From positions 1 through 57,872 of the forward strand of contig DASUVR010000253.1 of the NCBI GenBank assembly GCA_036378855.1: a stretch of 57,872 bases of DNA, given 5' to 3'. Made by a program: the position numbers and the translations under genes. The notes below the pieces were generated by a model that did no database searches, was not told where the DNA came from, and saw nothing but the letters and a program-made list of their open reading frames with translations. Positions 16,729 through 25,781 of this stretch are shown in pieces. This DNA is from Gemmatimonadales bacterium. GTDB lineage: Bacteria > Gemmatimonadota > Gemmatimonadetes > Gemmatimonadales > GWC2-71-9. Numbering within the stretch: position 1 is the first letter of the stretch; each line of letters opens with the position of its first letter.

Positions 16729-17391
16729 TCACTTCATGCGCTTGAGATAGCCTGCCACTTTCTTGAGGTCGGCAAAAAACTCTTGTCTCGCCTCCTCCCG
16801 AGCCTCGGCCGGGGCCCGAAGCACTGCCGACGGGTGGACTGTAGCCACAACCGCCTCGGCGAACTCGGTCGGAATCGGCCGACCCCGATCCTGGGTCACC
16901 CGGAACTGTTTTCCCAGCAGCGCTTGCGCCGCGGTGGCTCCAAGCGCCACAACTACACGCGGCTTCACCACGCGGATCTCCTCCTGAAGCCACGGGTTGC
17001 AGGCACGCACTTCTGCGGCGCTGGGCTTCTTGTGCAGCCGGCGCCCCCGCTCGATTACCACGAACTTGAAATGCTTTACGGAATTAGTGACGTACACCCG
17101 AGTCCGATCGATCCCTGCTGCTTCCAGCGCCGCGTCCAGCAGCTGACCCGACGGACCCACGAAAGGATGACCCTGACGGTCTTCTTGATCCCCAGGCTGC
17201 TCCCCCACGAGCATCACATCCGCCGTCCGGGGCCCCTCACCGAACACTGTCTGGGTGGCGTTGACCCAGAGATCACAGCCTCGGCAGCCCGCGGCGGCGG
17301 CTCGCAGCTTCGGCAGCGTAGCGTCGGGTGGAACAAAGTCGGCGGCTGATCCGGTCGAGAGCGGTGTGCTGCTCGCGCGCTGAGAACACAT
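16729..17391 (-). CDS. udgX: family 4 uracil-DNA glycosylase, UdgX-type (His-containing basic loop)
   Basis: CRGCDL (Fe-S ligands), motif A VGEQPGDQED, FVGPSG, VTNSVKHFKF followed by the insertion ERGRRLHKKP (His codon at 17032-17034), and motif B VHPSAVLR. The GEQPG motif plus the K/R-R-R-x-H loop are the hallmarks I recall for Mycobacterium smegmatis UdgX. Confidence 0.8.
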   Translation of the reverse strand: MCSQRASSTPLSTGSAADFVPPDATLPKLRAAAAGCRGCDLWVNATQTVFGEGPRTADVMLVGEQPGDQEDRQGHPFVGPSGQLLDAALEAAGIDRTRVYVTNSVKHFKFVVIERGRRLHKKPSAAEVRACNPWLQEEIRVVKPRVVVALGATAAQALLGKQFRVTQDRGRPIPTEFAEAVVATVHPSAVLRAPAEAREEARQEFFADLKKVAGYLKRMK

Positions 17392-17657
17392 GCTGAGATG
17401 CTACATGCCGAAACCAGCAGACGAAGTGGCGCCGGTCACTAGCGGACTCGCAAACCCAGGCGTATCATAGACCAGGCAGATGTTTTCGGTCTGCCATCCC
17501 ACATACAATCGAGTCGTCCGGCAGGGGTATGCTCCTTGCGCGTCAGCTAGGGGACGCAGCGCAACTTCATGCGCGAAGATCCGTTGACAGCCCGCCAAGA
17601 GGATCTTTCGAGGCTTCGGCGGATAGGCTCCATACGGTCAGCTCCCCGGCGGAACCC

Positions 17658-18788
17658 ATGAATCAGCCACTCAACAGAATTTTGATGGCATTGGTGCCCT
17701 CAGTGTGCGTGGCGCTGAGCCTCCAGGGCTGTGGCGTGTCCACCTCTACCGTGGATCTCACCCCGGGTCCAGAGCCGATCGAGCTCACCGTTACCCCCGA
17801 GGTGATCCAGGCCGGGGGGTGGGCCGAAGTAAAGGTGGTAAGCCCATCCGCCGACAGCATCGGCATTGAGTCATCCAACGGACTGGATCGCTACTGGGAA
17901 CGTGGATCTCAGATTCGTGCCAGACTGGACAGCGACTTCGGAGACAGCCTCCCTCCCATCAGCTATGCGGTGCGGGAGCACGGACACCTGTTCAATGTTT
18001 TGAAGAAGCCGATGAAGGTGGTCGTATGTCGGAAGAGCTATTGCCGGGAATACTATCACGAGATCGCCATCCAGCTGCCCGAGCGCAATGAGCGGTCCGT
18101 CGCAGTCACAGGAGGCTGGAGCAGTGCCTTTACCCGGCGGGCGGTAACCGGGGCGGACAAGTCCGTTCTGCTTCGGGAAGCGCTCAACCACACGGTGTGG
18201 AACCTTCAGGCCGAGGTCGCGACCGGGAAATTCAGTGGGAGAGTACAAGGCTTTTATGGCGCCGACGAGCGAGGCGGATCTCTGGATCTGTCCCGGGAGA
18301 TCAGCAAGATGGGCGAGGGGATGAGCTATGGCTTGGCCATGCACGTCTCTGCCACCCACGCGGAGTGGTTGCCCACCGACCGAAGCGCGGTGCTCACCCA
18401 AGGCACCGCCTACCGGGCCAGCTTTGGGCCCAGCATCATGGTCAAGGGTCTCACCGCCAGCTCTCAGCTGGGCATTTACACCGATGGACGGGAAACGCTG
18501 CAGGAGGTGAGCACGTTTGTCTCGCTCAATGGTGGACTCACCGAGGTCCGGAGCCCGGTGACGGTGACCCTGGAGAAGACCTTTGCCTTCGGCGGCGAAC
18601 CCATGATTCCCCGCCGAAGCGATCAGTTGGAGAGACTGACGCTGGGTCTGGACATCGTGAGGAACTTTGCCGTTCGGTTCGGCATGACCACGCATCGTAG
18701 CGCCTGGCCGACTGAGGACCGGGCCAGCGACCTGCGGGCCAGCGAGGTCTACTATACCATCGGTGGACAGTATACGTTAAGCTGGTAA
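17658..18788 (+). CDS. hypothetical lipoprotein with beta-barrel-like C-terminal half (putative outer-membrane protein)
   Basis: The internal ATG at 17658 gives MNQPLNRILMALVPSVCVALSLQGC (lipobox LQGC). The C-terminus ...EVYYTIGGQYTLSW ends in an aromatic residue, as in OM beta-barrels. No named family recognised. Confidence 0.65.
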   Translation: MNQPLNRILMALVPSVCVALSLQGCGVSTSTVDLTPGPEPIELTVTPEVIQAGGWAEVKVVSPSADSIGIESSNGLDRYWERGSQIRARLDSDFGDSLPPISYAVREHGHLFNVLKKPMKVVVCRKSYCREYYHEIAIQLPERNERSVAVTGGWSSAFTRRAVTGADKSVLLREALNHTVWNLQAEVATGKFSGRVQGFYGADERGGSLDLSREISKMGEGMSYGLAMHVSATHAEWLPTDRSAVLTQGTAYRASFGPSIMVKGLTASSQLGIYTDGRETLQEVSTFVSLNGGLTEVRSPVTVTLEKTFAFGGEPMIPRRSDQLERLTLGLDIVRNFAVRFGMTTHRSAWPTEDRASDLRASEVYYTIGGQYTLSW

Positions 18789-18837
18789 TTGACAGGGACT
18801 TACAAGATCCTCCCCGGTTAACCTCCGGGGGGAGCGC

Positions 18838-18871
18838 CAGAGGCCGAAGCTCGAACGAGCTTCGGCCTCTG
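18838..18871 (+). terminator. strong hairpin (terminator-like, weak U-tract)
   Basis: CAGAGGCCGAAGCTCG / CGAGCTTCGGCCTCTG form a 15-16 bp perfect inverted repeat, 50 nt after the stop at 18788. The downstream sequence TCATTC is T-poor, so intrinsic termination is uncertain. Confidence 0.45.
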
Positions 18872-19040
18872 TCATTCAGCGTGCACGCTGCGACGGGGAA
18901 GGCGTCTCAGGCAGTATGTAAGGGTCTGAGACAACATCAGCTCGCATATCGTGACTGCTTCCGAAGGGAACCCGCTGGAGGCGCCGAATGTTAGCTGTAA
19001 CAGAGATTTTGTCGTTTTCAGCCCCTGAGGGGCTCAACTG

Positions 19041-19946
19041 ATGGGAGCAGCGAACGTGGCAGGCACTAAGAAGACGCGCCGTCGGTCGACTCGCCCTGCG
19101 GCTCTTGCCCGAGCGGTCGACGAGGGACGTGAGAGCCTCGATTTTTACCTCAAGGAGATCAGCCGGATTCCTCTGCTTACGGTAGCGGAAGAGACGGCTC
19201 TGGCACGGCGTGCGTTCAAGGGCGACGTGGACGCCCAGGAGCGCCTCGCTCGGCACAACGTCAGGTTCGTGGTGTCCGTGGCCAAGAAGTTTCAGAACCG
19301 CGGCGTTCCTCTAATGGATCTGATCGGAGAAGGGAACGTGGGCCTGATGACCGCGGCGCGAAAGTTCGATCCCGACCGCGGAGTCAAGTTCATCTCCTAT
19401 GCTGTCTGGTGGATCCGGCAGGCAATTCAGGCAGCTATCGCACGGCATGGACGGCCAGTCCGGTTGCCGCTGAATCGCACCGCCGATCTCACCCGGTTGG
19501 GAAGGGTCACCACCCTTCTGACCGAGAAGCTGGGGCGCGTGCCCACAACCGAGGAGCTGGTTTCGGCTACGGGGCTGACGCCTGAAGCGGTGCGCTCTCT
19601 GGGTGCGCTTCACATAGAGGCCCTGCGTCTCGACCAGCCTATCAGGGAGGGCGAGGACAGGGGTCGGCTGGACCGGTTCGTTCCCCTGACGCAGGAAGGG
19701 ACCGACGCCTCTACCCTGGCGAGCAGCAGGACCCACGATCTCGAGTTGGCGCTGGCCGCTCTGCCGCCTCGCGATGCCAAGGTGCTCCGGCTGTATTTCG
19801 GTCTGGATGACGGCAACAGCCGGACTCTGGAAGAGATCGGCCGGATGATGGGAGTAACCCGTGAGCGTATTCGTCAGCTCCGCGATCGAGCGCTTCGGCA
19901 GCTGAAGGAGGAGCACGGCGATGTGCTGCGGGAGCTGGCTGCCTGA
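19041..19946 (+). CDS. RNA polymerase sigma factor, RpoD/sigma-70 family (group 2/3-like, 301 aa)
   Basis: Region 1.2/2: LDFYLKEISRIPLLTVAEETALARR, HNVRFVVSVAKKFQNRGVPLMDLIGEGNVGLMTAARKFDPDRGVKFISYAVWWIRQAI. Region 4.2: RTLEEIGRMMGVTRERIRQLRDRALRQL. It has a basic N-terminal extension. Confidence 0.9.
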   Translation: MGAANVAGTKKTRRRSTRPAALARAVDEGRESLDFYLKEISRIPLLTVAEETALARRAFKGDVDAQERLARHNVRFVVSVAKKFQNRGVPLMDLIGEGNVGLMTAARKFDPDRGVKFISYAVWWIRQAIQAAIARHGRPVRLPLNRTADLTRLGRVTTLLTEKLGRVPTTEELVSATGLTPEAVRSLGALHIEALRLDQPIREGEDRGRLDRFVPLTQEGTDASTLASSRTHDLELALAALPPRDAKVLRLYFGLDDGNSRTLEEIGRMMGVTRERIRQLRDRALRQLKEEHGDVLRELAA

Positions 19947-19966
19947 TCCGATCTTTCCCAGAGTAC

Positions 19967-19997
19967 AAGGGCCCACCGGTGTTCCGGTGGGCCTTTT
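19967..19997 (+). terminator. rho-independent terminator after the sigma factor gene
   Basis: Stem GGCCCACCGG (19970-19979) / CCGGTGGGCC (19984-19993), loop TGTT, then TTTT. The T-run overlaps the stop codon of the convergent alaX-like gene. Confidence 0.75.
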
Positions 19998-21168
19998 ACT
20001 TGGTGCCCTCTAAAACCGAGAGTACGTGCTCGAGCTGTGCCTTGTCGGGCAGAACCCCCTGAGCCATGGTGCTGGATCCGCCTCCGCGCCCGCCGGCATT
20101 GCTGACCGTCTCCTTGAGAACGCTGGCCGCATCGACACCCGAGTCGGGCGCGGCACTCAACAGCACGGAGGGGGGAGCTTCGGTAGCACCGATGAAGACG
20201 GCTCGGGGGAAGCCGGCAAAAGCCAGGGCCAAACCTCGGAGCTCGTCCAGTCCGCCATCGGCCAGGCGAACGGTTGCTCGTCTGATCCCCGCCGGATCCG
20301 GTTGAGCCGAGGCATAGAGCTCTTGTGCCCGGTACCGGCTGAGATCGGCTTCCAATTCCCGCTTGGATGCCGAAAGCGCTTTGACGTCCGCTCTCTGGTT
20401 GGCTACGACGCGAGGAAGCTCTTCGAACGAGCTGGAAAGGTCGGCCGCCAGGTGGGACAGAATATTGAATTCCAGACGGCTTCGCCCAATCGCTCTCAGC
20501 CCGCAGAGAAACTCCAGCCGAACTCCCTTTCGCGCTCGCTCCACCTTGCGCACCAGGAGAGCGCCTATGGCGCCTGTCGCGCCAACGTGGGTTCCTCCGC
20601 ATGCGCTCCGGTCCACACCTTCGATGCTGACGATTCGGATGGCGCCCGAGCGGTTGGTCGGCTTCCTCAATCCGGTGGCGGAGCCGGCGTCCTCGAATGC
20701 GATCGTGACGGGCCGGTTCTCTGCAATGACTTCGTTGGCCCTCTCCTCGGCCTGGGCGACTTGTTCTGAGGTAAGCTGAGGGGTATCCAGGTCCAGAGTG
20801 GAGGTGAGTTCCCCCAGGTGGACTGAGGTGGTGGAGTAATTCCAGATGTCGGCCAGGACAGCCGATAGAAGATGTTGTCCTGTATGTTGTTGCATGTGGT
20901 CGAAACGGCGAGGCCAATTCAGTTCGCCCCGGACAGTCGGGCCCGAGGCCAAGGGCTCTACCAGAACGTGGGCCACCCTCTCGCCCTCATCGATTACGTC
21001 GGCTACCTCGATCCCCTCCAGCCGCCCGGTATCGTGGAGTTGGCCTCCCGAAGTGGGATAGAAAGCTGTGCGGTCCAGATACACCCGTCTCCCCTCTTCG
21101 GCTCGCTCCACCACGGAAGCCTCGAAGCTGCGCAGATGAGAGTCCAGGTAGTAAAGCCGCTGCGTCAC
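19996..21168 (-). CDS. alanyl-tRNA editing protein AlaX-L (AlaRS second additional domain plus DHHA1-like C-terminus)
   Basis: Editing-site zinc motifs HTGQHLLSAV (HxxxH) and ACGGTHV (CxxxH). C-terminal NAGGRGGGSSTMAQG. I favour the GTG at 21168 (VTQRLYYLDSHLRSF), which matches typical AlaX N-termini. The longest ORF extends to 21255. Confidence 0.82.
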   Translation of the reverse strand: MTQRLYYLDSHLRSFEASVVERAEEGRRVYLDRTAFYPTSGGQLHDTGRLEGIEVADVIDEGERVAHVLVEPLASGPTVRGELNWPRRFDHMQQHTGQHLLSAVLADIWNYSTTSVHLGELTSTLDLDTPQLTSEQVAQAEERANEVIAENRPVTIAFEDAGSATGLRKPTNRSGAIRIVSIEGVDRSACGGTHVGATGAIGALLVRKVERARKGVRLEFLCGLRAIGRSRLEFNILSHLAADLSSSFEELPRVVANQRADVKALSASKRELEADLSRYRAQELYASAQPDPAGIRRATVRLADGGLDELRGLALAFAGFPRAVFIGATEAPPSVLLSAAPDSGVDAASVLKETVSNAGGRGGGSSTMAQGVLPDKAQLEHVLSVLEGTK

Positions 21169-21270
21169 GGAAGCTTGGATCCTGAAGTGCGGTGTCGTCC
21201 CAACTCTACGAATGTCCTTTAGAGGGAGAATAGAGGAGCCACCGACGCGCAACAACCTCGGGTAGGGGGA

Positions 21271-21819
21271 CTAGAGCGCTCGAATCGAGGTGTCCACCGG
21301 CAGTGTGAGCTGGTCGAGAACCATCCTCTGGATTTCTTCGGCAAAGTCAAGAACAGCCGAGAGTTGGAAGGCAAGATCGTGGAGCTCCGCAGGCGCCACG
21401 GCCGGGTCCTGCCCCAGGGCCGCGGCCCGTTCCTGAAGCATGACCAGCCCGGCATGGGCAAACGCCATCCGCTCCCACAACGGGAGAACCAGATCCAATT
21501 GGTTGGTTGATAGTGCCGCCGTGGTGTTTTCGAAGTCGCCTTCCAGCGGGCTGATGACCCGAGCCAACTGATCGGCCAGCGCCCGAGCCCGCTCAGCGCT
21601 GGCGGGCTGCAGGGTGTCGGTAGCAGCGAGAATGGCCTCCGTCCACTGCTGGAGCTCTCCGTATTCCTCACCCAGACTGGCCAGGGCCGCCCGGCTGGTG
21701 TCGGGCCTCAGCTCGATGGGAGCCGGGGCCAGGCTGCCGAGGGTGAAGGTCAACGCTGCCAGACCCGAAAGTGCAAGAATTCGCAGCAGAAAACCTCCGA
21801 GTCCGGGGGGACAATGCAA
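21271..21819 (-). CDS. hypothetical secreted protein
   Basis: 182-aa ORF with a signal-like N-terminus (FLLRILALSGLAALTFTLGSLAPAP) and a helical Ala/Leu-rich body. No recognisable family. Confidence 0.5.
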   Translation of the reverse strand: MHCPPGLGGFLLRILALSGLAALTFTLGSLAPAPIELRPDTSRAALASLGEEYGELQQWTEAILAATDTLQPASAERARALADQLARVISPLEGDFENTTAALSTNQLDLVLPLWERMAFAHAGLVMLQERAAALGQDPAVAPAELHDLAFQLSAVLDFAEEIQRMVLDQLTLPVDTSIRAL

Positions 21820-21924
21820 TGGGCGGAGAAAATGTCTCCGCCCAATCTGTCGTCCCGCGATCCCTCTGTCTGTGATGTTGGCTACGCCTGCGATTTTCAG
21901 ATGTATCCCTCAAAAATGAGGGTG

Positions 21925-22944
21925 TCAAGCAGTGTGACTACCCCAGCCGCGGAGGGCACGCACGTAGTCGTGGAGGACGAGAAATTTTTCGAAGAGGATG
22001 ACTCCTTTGCGCTTTCGGCCAAACTCGCCGAAGAGGTCGCGCAGTCTGCCGCGGCGGGTCACATAGAAGCGGAACGTTTCGGCAAAATCTTCCTGCGGGT
22101 GTTTGGCCGCGTAGGCACTGACGTGATTCGACGGCGCGATCGCAATTCTGCGCCGCTGAAAGTAGACCCAGGTGTTGTCCATGCCCCGATACGCCTTGTC
22201 GACTTCCCCGAAGGCTCGGCGAAACTGCCGGGTACGGGTCCAATCCCAGTGGTGATAGAGAAAGCTGTGTCCCAGCTCGTGTGTAATCAGGCCAACCAGC
22301 ATGGTCCAGGGAATTTCATCGCGCCGCCGTTTGCCGACCACATAGCGCTGCTCGATCTCGACCATATTGGGGTATTTCGGATCGACTCCCGACACTCCCG
22401 GACGCAGCAGGATCCGGTAATCCCAGTCCTTGATTCTGCTGACCAGAAGCAAACGGCGCACCCGGGTCAGTGCCCGCGGGATCAGATCGCGGCCGGTGCT
22501 ATCGTCACCGCACCAGGGGCAGGTGTTCATCAAATCGTCCACGCCGCGACCACAGTGGGGACAGGTCCCCTCGAATAACGCTTCCTCGTTCCATTGTTGA
22601 GGCCGGCTGCACCAGGGGCAGTACTGCATGGGATACTGAACCCCGCCGCCACAGCCCCAGTCGCATCGTGCGTCCTTGCGGAAGCCTCGCGGCGCCTTGA
22701 GCGGCTCCTCGCTGGAATAGCCCTCCTCCTGGATGTCGGCGCCGCACCAGGGGCACGTCGAGAACTTGTCGGAGACGGCCCACCCGCATTTGTAGCATTC
22801 CGCTCCGGTCAGGCCGCCTTCGTCTCCCCAGCGGTACTCTCGACCGCACTCGGAACAGAATCCCATATAGCGCCGAACTCGGTGTCCGCAAATGCAGCGT
22901 ACATCCCGGACCCACGCTCGAGGGCGCCGCCTACGTGCGGTCAT
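21925..22944 (-). CDS. zinc-ribbon-rich protein with C-terminal putative zinc metallopeptidase domain (Peptidase_Mx-like, HExxH)
   Basis: Four CxxC...CxxC zinc ribbons in the N-terminal half (CICGHRV..CSECG; CYKCGW..CPWCG; CDWGCG..CPWCS; CPHCGR..CPWCG). They are followed by LITHELGHSFLYHHWDW and ...HPQEDFAETFRFYV. The start overlaps the ATP-grasp stop by 14 nt. Confidence 0.75.
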   Translation of the reverse strand: MTARRRRPRAWVRDVRCICGHRVRRYMGFCSECGREYRWGDEGGLTGAECYKCGWAVSDKFSTCPWCGADIQEEGYSSEEPLKAPRGFRKDARCDWGCGGGVQYPMQYCPWCSRPQQWNEEALFEGTCPHCGRGVDDLMNTCPWCGDDSTGRDLIPRALTRVRRLLLVSRIKDWDYRILLRPGVSGVDPKYPNMVEIEQRYVVGKRRRDEIPWTMLVGLITHELGHSFLYHHWDWTRTRQFRRAFGEVDKAYRGMDNTWVYFQRRRIAIAPSNHVSAYAAKHPQEDFAETFRFYVTRRGRLRDLFGEFGRKRKGVILFEKFLVLHDYVRALRGWGSHTA

Positions 22945-23968
22945 ACCGGGCGACGGCAGCGTCTACAATTCGCTGGATGAAGTCACAGTATTCCATCCCC
23001 GCCTTTGCAGCGGCGTTGGCCATGTCGTGGCCGTAGCTGATGAAGGGGTTCGCGTTGGCCTCCAGCACCCAGATACCACCATCATCCGTCAGCCGGATAT
23101 CGAGGCGGCCATAATCGCGCAGCCATAGCGCGCGGTAGGCCATGCGGCAGGTCTCGGTAATTCGCTCGCGCACCACCTTCGAAAGGGGCCGCGCCAGGAC
23201 GTTCCGGATTCCCTTGCGCTCCCGGTAGGCCTCGTCCCACTTGGCGAACTGGGTGGCGATTCGTTCCTCGGGGCGGGTTTTCCCCTTGTCGAAAACCATC
23301 TCCGTGAGGGGGAGGATCTCCAGGTTGTCATCATTACCGATGATACTCACGTAGAGCTCGCGTCCGTCCACGAACTCTTCTGCAATGGCGCCTTGGCTGA
23401 ACCGCTCATGAATGAACGCCACCCGCTCCACCAGAGACTCCTGGTCCTGCACCACCGATGCTTGAGCAATGCCGGCGGAGGCGTCGGTCTGTAGGGGCTT
23501 GACGATCAAGGGAAAGGTGAGTTTTGGGGTGCCGTCGACTGACTCGTGCAAGCGGTAGCTCACAAAACCCGGCACCTGAATCCCAAAGTAGGCGAGAACC
23601 TTTTTGCTGATGGCTTTGTTGCGAGTCATCTGCAGCGCCAGGGGAGGAGCGCCGGTGTAACGGTAGCCCTCCGCCTCGAGCAAGCCAGGGAGGAGGTATT
23701 CCAGTGATTCATCTCCCCGATACGCTTCGGCTCCATTGAAGACCAGGTCGGGTTGCCAGTCGCTCAGAGCGCGCAGCAAGTACTCCAGGTCGTCCCGTAC
23801 TCCGAGGAGGCGAACCTCATGGCCACATTCCAGGAGCGCATGGGCAATCTGGTACTCCATTTCCGGCTCGTCGACCTTCCAGTCCCCAACCTCGCGCTCC
23901 ATCTGGCGAGCGTGCTCGGGGTGATCCCAGCCGGAGTAGGGAGTGTCAAAAACGACGGCGACGCGCAT
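22931..23968 (-). CDS. D-alanine--D-alanine ligase-like ATP-grasp family protein
   Basis: MRVAVVFD..., LVFNGAEAYRGDESLEYLLPGLLEAEGYRYTGAPP, KAISKKVL...GIQVPGF, PLIVKPLQTDASAGI, EEFVDGRELYVSIIG, LEANANP. This is the Ddl/RimK-type ATP-grasp layout. Internal ATG chosen at 23968. Confidence 0.85.
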   Translation of the reverse strand: MRVAVVFDTPYSGWDHPEHARQMEREVGDWKVDEPEMEYQIAHALLECGHEVRLLGVRDDLEYLLRALSDWQPDLVFNGAEAYRGDESLEYLLPGLLEAEGYRYTGAPPLALQMTRNKAISKKVLAYFGIQVPGFVSYRLHESVDGTPKLTFPLIVKPLQTDASAGIAQASVVQDQESLVERVAFIHERFSQGAIAEEFVDGRELYVSIIGNDDNLEILPLTEMVFDKGKTRPEERIATQFAKWDEAYRERKGIRNVLARPLSKVVRERITETCRMAYRALWLRDYGRLDIRLTDDGGIWVLEANANPFISYGHDMANAAAKAGMEYCDFIQRIVDAAVARYDRT

Positions 23969-24180
23969 AATGTGTAGCAAGATTTCCGGGCCGGGCCCGT
24001 AACGCCAGGCCAATCCTGCTGTTGCCCCTCCAAAATCTCCTCGCGAAATGCCCGCTCACCACTGCGGCGCTGAGCGGTAAGTGTTTGTCGCGCAACGTAG
24101 AAAGCGATGGCTCACCGATTGCTCTTCCGATAGGCAGAGAATCACTTCTTGCATAACCGCTAACCTATCGAGCCAATCGC

Positions 24181-25689
24181 ATGCACCGACGTCTGAGCTG
24201 GATGCTCGTGTTCTGTGCTCTGAGCAGTCTCACGGCCCGGGCCGCGGCGCAGGACCTCACGGCCGCAGAACGGCTCAGGGTCGACGACTGGTATCGGAAA
24301 ACGAGCGACCGCACCGGCGACGGCGAGTGGGGCATAGCCATTGGCACCATGGGTGGGCGCGTGCTCTGGAGCGTGAATTCGGAGCTGCAGCTGATTCCGG
24401 CATCGACCGCCAAACTCTTCACCGTGGGATTCAGCCGGGCACGCGCCGGCGGCGGGGCCCGTATCTCGACCCGGATCATTGGCCGCGGCACTCTGGACTC
24501 GACCACTGGCCGCTGGAGAGGTAGCTGGCAGCTCGAGTTGGGGGGCGACCCCACTCTGGAGCGATCCGGCCGGGAAGGGCCTACTCTGCGGGAGCTGGCG
24601 CGCCAGCTTCGGGCTCGTGGCATCACCCAGCTCGAAGGTGCGCTGGCGCTGACCAGCCGCACCGGTCCCGCGGCCTCCCACTACCCAGCGGTCTGGTCGG
24701 CCGAGTTTGTGGGCCAGCTGTATGCCCCCCCCGTGGGACCAGTCACCCTGCACGAAAACACCATTTCGCTGACTTTCCGCCCCGGCCAGGATGTGGGATC
24801 GCCCCCCACCCTGGTGTCAGCCTACCCTGCGGGAGTCGAGCGGCTGGTGCGCATGAGCGCCACAACGGTGGGCGGCAGCCGCCGTCGCCTGGTGCTCACG
24901 GCCGACCCGGATGGAGGTTGGACCCTGGGTGGGACCATCGGGATCGAGTCCCGTGCCGCCGGGATATCCGCGGTCGCCCATGAGCCGGTCAGTGTGCTGG
25001 GTTACGCCTGGGCCGCGGCGCTCGACCGGGCCGGAATTCAGTGGGTCAACCGGAGCTCGCCGCCAACTGTCGGGCCCGGTGTTCCGGGGGTCCTTGCCAA
25101 AGTGGAGTCGGCGCCCTTCGACAGCGTGGCAATCGAGATCAACCGGCGAAGCCTCAACATCGGCGCAGAGCTGGTACTGCAGTGGGCGGCTGCCAGCCAG
25201 ACCTCAGGCCCCTCTCTGTTGAATCAGCACGTTCGCGATGTGGTGGGGCCGCAGGCCCAGATCCGGCTGGTGGATGGCAGCGGCCTGAGCGAGCTCGACC
25301 GGGTGAGCCCGATGACCCAGATGCTGTATCTGGCCCGATATCCGCAACTGCGTGGCGCAGAACGGTATCCGCTGCTGCTCCCGGCCAACGGAATTGGCAC
25401 GTTGAGGGGTCTGCGCTACGGCATGGGTAAGGGTGTGGTGCACGCCAAAACCGGCACTCTGGATCGGGTGGCCACCCTCGCGGGATATCTGGGACGGCCG
25501 GACGGCGTACTGGTCATCTCCCTCATGTACAATGGCCGCCGGACCCATGCTGCGCGGGCTGCCGAATGGGAGCTCTTCCGATTGCTGGGCGCCGAAGGAG
25601 TAAACCTGAGCGGCGCACTGGAGACCCAGATGGGTGGCACCACAAACCGTGACGACGAGACCCAGGATGCGGCCCGGGTGTTGCGGTGA
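24181..25689 (+). CDS. dacB: D-alanyl-D-alanine carboxypeptidase/endopeptidase, PBP4 (peptidase S13)
   Basis: Signal peptide. SxxK motif PASTAKLFT, DGSGLS, and the KTG triad AKTGTLD. Size (502 aa) fits PBP4. Confidence 0.88.
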   Translation: MHRRLSWMLVFCALSSLTARAAAQDLTAAERLRVDDWYRKTSDRTGDGEWGIAIGTMGGRVLWSVNSELQLIPASTAKLFTVGFSRARAGGGARISTRIIGRGTLDSTTGRWRGSWQLELGGDPTLERSGREGPTLRELARQLRARGITQLEGALALTSRTGPAASHYPAVWSAEFVGQLYAPPVGPVTLHENTISLTFRPGQDVGSPPTLVSAYPAGVERLVRMSATTVGGSRRRLVLTADPDGGWTLGGTIGIESRAAGISAVAHEPVSVLGYAWAAALDRAGIQWVNRSSPPTVGPGVPGVLAKVESAPFDSVAIEINRRSLNIGAELVLQWAAASQTSGPSLLNQHVRDVVGPQAQIRLVDGSGLSELDRVSPMTQMLYLARYPQLRGAERYPLLLPANGIGTLRGLRYGMGKGVVHAKTGTLDRVATLAGYLGRPDGVLVISLMYNGRRTHAARAAEWELFRLLGAEGVNLSGALETQMGGTTNRDDETQDAARVLR

Positions 25690-25781
25690 GCGGGTAAAGT
25701 CGCGCGCCCCTGGTGCTGTGCACCGGGACTGCGCATAATCTCTCTCCCCCAAACCGCAGCATCTGTTACTTCGGAGCTGGT

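Noticed and set aside
22931-24180. The ATP-grasp ligase as a graspetide/RiPP maturase with a hidden precursor peptide.
   Set aside because: I found no plausible short ORF with an SD on the minus strand in the 212-nt upstream region (23969-24180) or between the two genes. The enzyme also has the Ddl-type N-terminal domain layout rather than a microviridin-type one. This cannot be excluded without HMMs.
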